A DNA stretch of 35,563 nucleotides. Source: a virus (Duplodnaviria; Caudoviricetes). The position numbers and the translations under genes are program-made. Where the stretch lies: IMG/VR virus record IMGVR_UViG_3300011338_000058, positions 1 through 35,563 of that record. The stretch is one strand, 5' to 3'. This document shows positions 32,539 through 35,563 of this stretch, piece by piece. The notes beneath the pieces were generated by a model. It searched no databases, was not told the DNA's origin, and worked only from the letters and a program-made list of their open reading frames with translations. The stretch's first letter is position 1, and the number at the start of each line of letters is the position of its first letter.

Positions 32539-33233
32539 TCTCACCGATATGCGTCAGCACAGTACACGGCAAAGGTTTGCGGGTGATGCTCACAAGCATT
32601 GCCGAGTATTGTCCCGAAGTGCCTGTCTATTTGCGCGGACCCGAGTCCATTATTGGCGGCTTTGACGCCGACCTCAAGGTATTTGGTGCGCCGCACAATT
32701 TCGGTGAAGATTACAACGACATCATGGATCGTGCCTTTGCTGATGGCTTTGAGTCTGTGATCTGCGCCAATGATGACATTGTGCTGACCCCCACCAGCTA
32801 CCGGCATCTGATGGAAGATGTGGCGCAGTTAAAGGCTGAGACTGGCGAACCTGTCGGTTGGGTATCAGCACGCTGTGACGCGGCGCGTCCTGTGCAGAAT
32901 GTGCGGAGCAATCCCTTTGACCAGCAGCTTGAATACTTCAAGTACCCCTATGAAGACGCCATCATGCCAATGGAGTGTCTAAGCCCGATATTTGCTTGGA
33001 TTGGCAGAGATGCGTGGGAGGTGCAGAAGTTCCCGCCATTGAATTGGTACTCTGATGATGTGCATTGCGAAGACTTGCGTGCCGCGGGTTTCCACCATTA
33101 TTTGAGCCGGTCTTATGTCCATCATGTTGGCAGCCAAACGATTGGCATGGACGGCAATAAGCTGATTCAGCAGGCAGTGCCTTGGTTGCGAAAGAACAGG
33201 CCGAAATATGCAGCAGACTGGTTTGGTTCTTAA
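32535..33233 (+). CDS. GT-A fold (GT2-like) glycosyltransferase
   Basis: NFG..YN, ICANDDIVL, WYSDD..C and YVHHVGSQT motifs. Confidence 0.8.
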   Translation: MISPICVSTVHGKGLRVMLTSIAEYCPEVPVYLRGPESIIGGFDADLKVFGAPHNFGEDYNDIMDRAFADGFESVICANDDIVLTPTSYRHLMEDVAQLKAETGEPVGWVSARCDAARPVQNVRSNPFDQQLEYFKYPYEDAIMPMECLSPIFAWIGRDAWEVQKFPPLNWYSDDVHCEDLRAAGFHHYLSRSYVHHVGSQTIGMDGNKLIQQAVPWLRKNRPKYAADWFGS

Positions 33234-33726
33234 TCTCGGTTCAGGCAAAGACCACCGCGCTGATTGCGTGAATGCTGACATTCGCGCAGATGTTGGCGCC
33301 GATTGGGTTGTCGATATTTGCAAGCCATTGGACACCGACAGGCGCTTTGACAAGATCATTGCCAATGATGTGTTGGAGCATTTGCCCGATTTGGTGGCAG
33401 GCATGACCAACTGCCGCGATTTGCTGATGGATGGTGGCGAGATGCACATCCATGTGCCTTATGACTTGAGCTATGGCGCGTGGCAAGACCCGACCCATGT
33501 GAGAGCATTCAACGAAAAGTCTTGGGTTTATTACTGTGAGTGGGCGTGGTATTTGGGATGGATGGGCAGCAGATTTGAGTTGGTGCATTTGGAGATGCGT
33601 CTCAGCGAGTATGGTGCGAGTCTAAAATTGCCACAAGACGAGGTGATGCGTATGCCTCGCGCAGTTGACTCTATGTATGTCGTTCTAAAGAAAGTCCCAT
33701 ATGAAAACACCCGCGTGGCAGCGTAG
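33208..33726 (+). CDS. Class I SAM-dependent methyltransferase
   Basis: LNLGSG, VNADI, A.DVLEH, L..GG...I.VP and DPTHVR motifs. Confidence 0.85.
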   Translation: MQQTGLVLNLGSGKDHRADCVNADIRADVGADWVVDICKPLDTDRRFDKIIANDVLEHLPDLVAGMTNCRDLLMDGGEMHIHVPYDLSYGAWQDPTHVRAFNEKSWVYYCEWAWYLGWMGSRFELVHLEMRLSEYGASLKLPQDEVMRMPRAVDSMYVVLKKVPYENTRVAA

Positions 33727-33994
33727 TGAGGGTAAAAACCCCAAAGGCGGCTTGAATGCCAAGGGACGCGCCAGCGCCAAGGCCGATGGCATGAATCTGA
33801 AAGCGCCAGTGAAGTCGGGTGACAATCCGCGCAGGGCGAGTTTCTTGGCGCGGATGGGCAATATGCCTGGGCCTGAGAAAAAAGACGGCGAACCCACTAG
33901 ACTCTTACTCAGTCTCAAGGCGTGGGGCGCTTCAAGCAAGGCCGATGCACGCGCCAAAGCAAAAGCAATATCTGCAAGGAATAAAGCAAAATGA
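33701..33994 (+). CDS. Small basic protein (DUF6321-like)
   Basis: AWQR.EGKNPKGGLNAKGRAS..RRASFLARM..LKAWG. Confidence 0.75.
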   Translation: MKTPAWQRSEGKNPKGGLNAKGRASAKADGMNLKAPVKSGDNPRRASFLARMGNMPGPEKKDGEPTRLLLSLKAWGASSKADARAKAKAISARNKAK

Positions 33995-35563
33995 TCAACG
34001 ACATGAACATCAGCACCGACATTGGCGCAATTGAGCCGATGGACGATACCGAATTGCAGGGCATTGTCTCTGCCGAGCTGGAGGACGCTGTCAGTTATAT
34101 TGATTCTGATGTGTCACCCATCCGCGCCAAGGGTACTGAATACTATCGTGGCGACCCCTTTGGCAATGAGGAAGATGGGCGCTCGCAAGTCGTGGCGATG
34201 GAGGTGCGAGACACTGTCAGCGCCATGCTGCCAAGTTTGATGAAAGTCTTTTTCAGCTCTGAGAATGTGGTGGAGTATGTGCCTCGCGGTCCTGAAGATG
34301 TTGCCGGCGCACAGCAGGCGACTGACTACGCCAACTACATATTTACCAACGACAACAATGGTTTCATGACCACCTATGCGTTGTTCAAAGACTCATTGGT
34401 GCGTAAGTGCGGCATTGCCAAGTATTGGTGGGAAGACAACGAAGAAGTCAAGATCGAAGAGTATTCGGGGCTTGATGACCAGACTGTGCAAATCCTGATG
34501 CAAGAGGATGCCGAGGTCAAGATTGTGGTCAGTTATCCTGACGCATCAATGGCGATGCAGCCTGATCCTGCCACTGGCCTACCCATGCAGCAACCTATGT
34601 TGCATGACGTACAGATCAAGCGAAACATCAAAGATGGCCGTATTCGCATCATGGCCGTACCTCCCGAAGAGTTGATCCTAGACCGCAGGGCGAGATCGTT
34701 TGATGATGCTGGCATCATTGCCCACCGCCAGATGGCGACAGTTTCCGACTTGATCGCAATGGGCTATGACCAAGAAGAGATCGAAGAAAACATCAGCAGC
34801 ACCGACTTAGACAGCAATGATGAGTATTTGGCGCGTCAACCTCTAAGCACCACCATGGGCGCTGGCAGCAGTCTGAACCCCATGCAGCAGCGGGTTTTGT
34901 ATGTCGAAGCCTATATGCGCGTTGACTTTGATGGCGATGGCGTGGCTGAATTACGCAAGATTTGTTGCATGGGTTCTGGCTACACCATGGTGCGGAACTT
35001 ACCCGCAAGCTACATCCCATTTGTAGACTTTCCCTGCGACCCAGAACCCCACACATCGCCATTGGAAGCGATGTCAATCTTTGATGTCACGCATGACATC
35101 CAAGAGATTAAGTCCGAGATCATGCGTAATACGCTGGACTCGCTGGCGCAGTCTATCCACCCACGCACTGCGGTGGTCGAGGGTCAGGTCAACATCGATG
35201 ATGTGCTGAATAACGAGACTGGGGCGATTATTCGCATGAGAGCGCCAGGCATGGTGACGCCATTCAGCACCCCATTCGTTGGACAGGCTGCATTTCCGAT
35301 GCTGGACTACATGGACCAGATGCGCGAAGACCGCACCGGCATGAGCAAGGCAGCCATGGGCTTAGACCCTGACGCTTTGCAGTCCACCACCAAGGCGGCA
35401 GTATCTGCCACTGTCAGTGCTAGCCAGTCACGCCTTGAGCTGCAAGCTCGCATCTTGGCCGAGGGTATGAAGAAACTCTTTAAGGGCATTCTGTATTTGA
35501 TGACCACCCACCAAGACAAGCCACGCATGGTGCGTTTGCGTAATGAGTGGGTGCAGATCGATC
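33991..35563 (+). CDS. Portal protein (P22-like), N-terminal part, absent from the ORF track because it runs off the window end
   Basis: ATG 33991 in an ATGA overlap with AAGGA RBS, open to the window end. EYY.G, V..EVRDTV...LPSLM.VF, DYANY.F and KDSLVRKCGI.K..W motifs. Confidence 0.9.
   Translation, partial: MINDMNISTDIGAIEPMDDTELQGIVSAELEDAVSYIDSDVSPIRAKGTEYYRGDPFGNEEDGRSQVVAMEVRDTVSAMLPSLMKVFFSSENVVEYVPRGPEDVAGAQQATDYANYIFTNDNNGFMTTYALFKDSLVRKCGIAKYWWEDNEEVKIEEYSGLDDQTVQILMQEDAEVKIVVSYPDASMAMQPDPATGLPMQQPMLHDVQIKRNIKDGRIRIMAVPPEELILDRRARSFDDAGIIAHRQMATVSDLIAMGYDQEEIEENISSTDLDSNDEYLARQPLSTTMGAGSSLNPMQQRVLYVEAYMRVDFDGDGVAELRKICCMGSGYTMVRNLPASYIPFVDFPCDPEPHTSPLEAMSIFDVTHDIQEIKSEIMRNTLDSLAQSIHPRTAVVEGQVNIDDVLNNETGAIIRMRAPGMVTPFSTPFVGQAAFPMLDYMDQMREDRTGMSKAAMGLDPDALQSTTKAAVSATVSASQSRLELQARILAEGMKKLFKGILYLMTTHQDKPRMVRLRNEWVQID
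35437..35563. repeat. Terminal direct repeat, copy 2
   Basis: Identical to 1-127. Confidence 0.95.

Noticed and set aside
33208-33726. Methyltransferase as a DNA methyltransferase
   Set aside because: It lacks DNA methyltransferase catalytic motifs and resembles small-molecule or glycan methyltransferases.
35437-35563. 127-bp terminal repeat as a biological direct terminal repeat
   Set aside because: It falls mid-portal gene and equals a standard assembler k-mer length, so it is best read as a circular assembly overlap.
1-35563. tRNA genes, introns or inteins, alternative genetic code
   Set aside because: No cloverleaf was seen in the few intergenic gaps, core genes are uninterrupted and of normal length, and all three stop codons terminate genes normally.

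Overview
The window is an apparently complete, circularly permuted dsDNA tailed-phage genome of about 35,436 bp. Bases 1-127 recur exactly at 35437-35563, and the portal gene runs across that join. It has a P22-like podovirus layout: terS, terL, small basic proteins plus glycosyltransferase and methyltransferase, portal, scaffold, major capsid, adaptor, tail fibre, an extended lysis cassette with nested Rz/Rz1 spanins and an M15 endolysin, a gp10-like tail protein, and ejection-type proteins. It also has a leftward operon of translationally coupled microproteins and a rightward replication operon (HTH, RuvC-like, Cas4-like nuclease, putative SSB, primase-helicase). I recognise no integrase, S24-peptidase repressor, partition gene or DNA polymerase. 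Spanins and a CTGT-N8-ACAG LexA box point to a beta/gammaproteobacterial host (inference). The strongest unexplained signal is non-coding. The terS-terL junction (29878-30071) holds four DnaA boxes, a 28-bp XerC/XerD dif-like site and an IHF consensus. A LexA box abuts an iteron-rich putative origin at 28573-28708. Together these suggest an integrase-free lifestyle run by host factors (plasmid or Xer-mediated lysogeny). Other highlights are a putative ejected HhH-GPD glycosylase-like effector with a convergent small partner gene, a candidate sRNA in the switch region, a classical C2H2 zinc-finger microprotein and repeat-bounded gene cassettes. All protein calls come from motif recognition and synteny, not from database searches.
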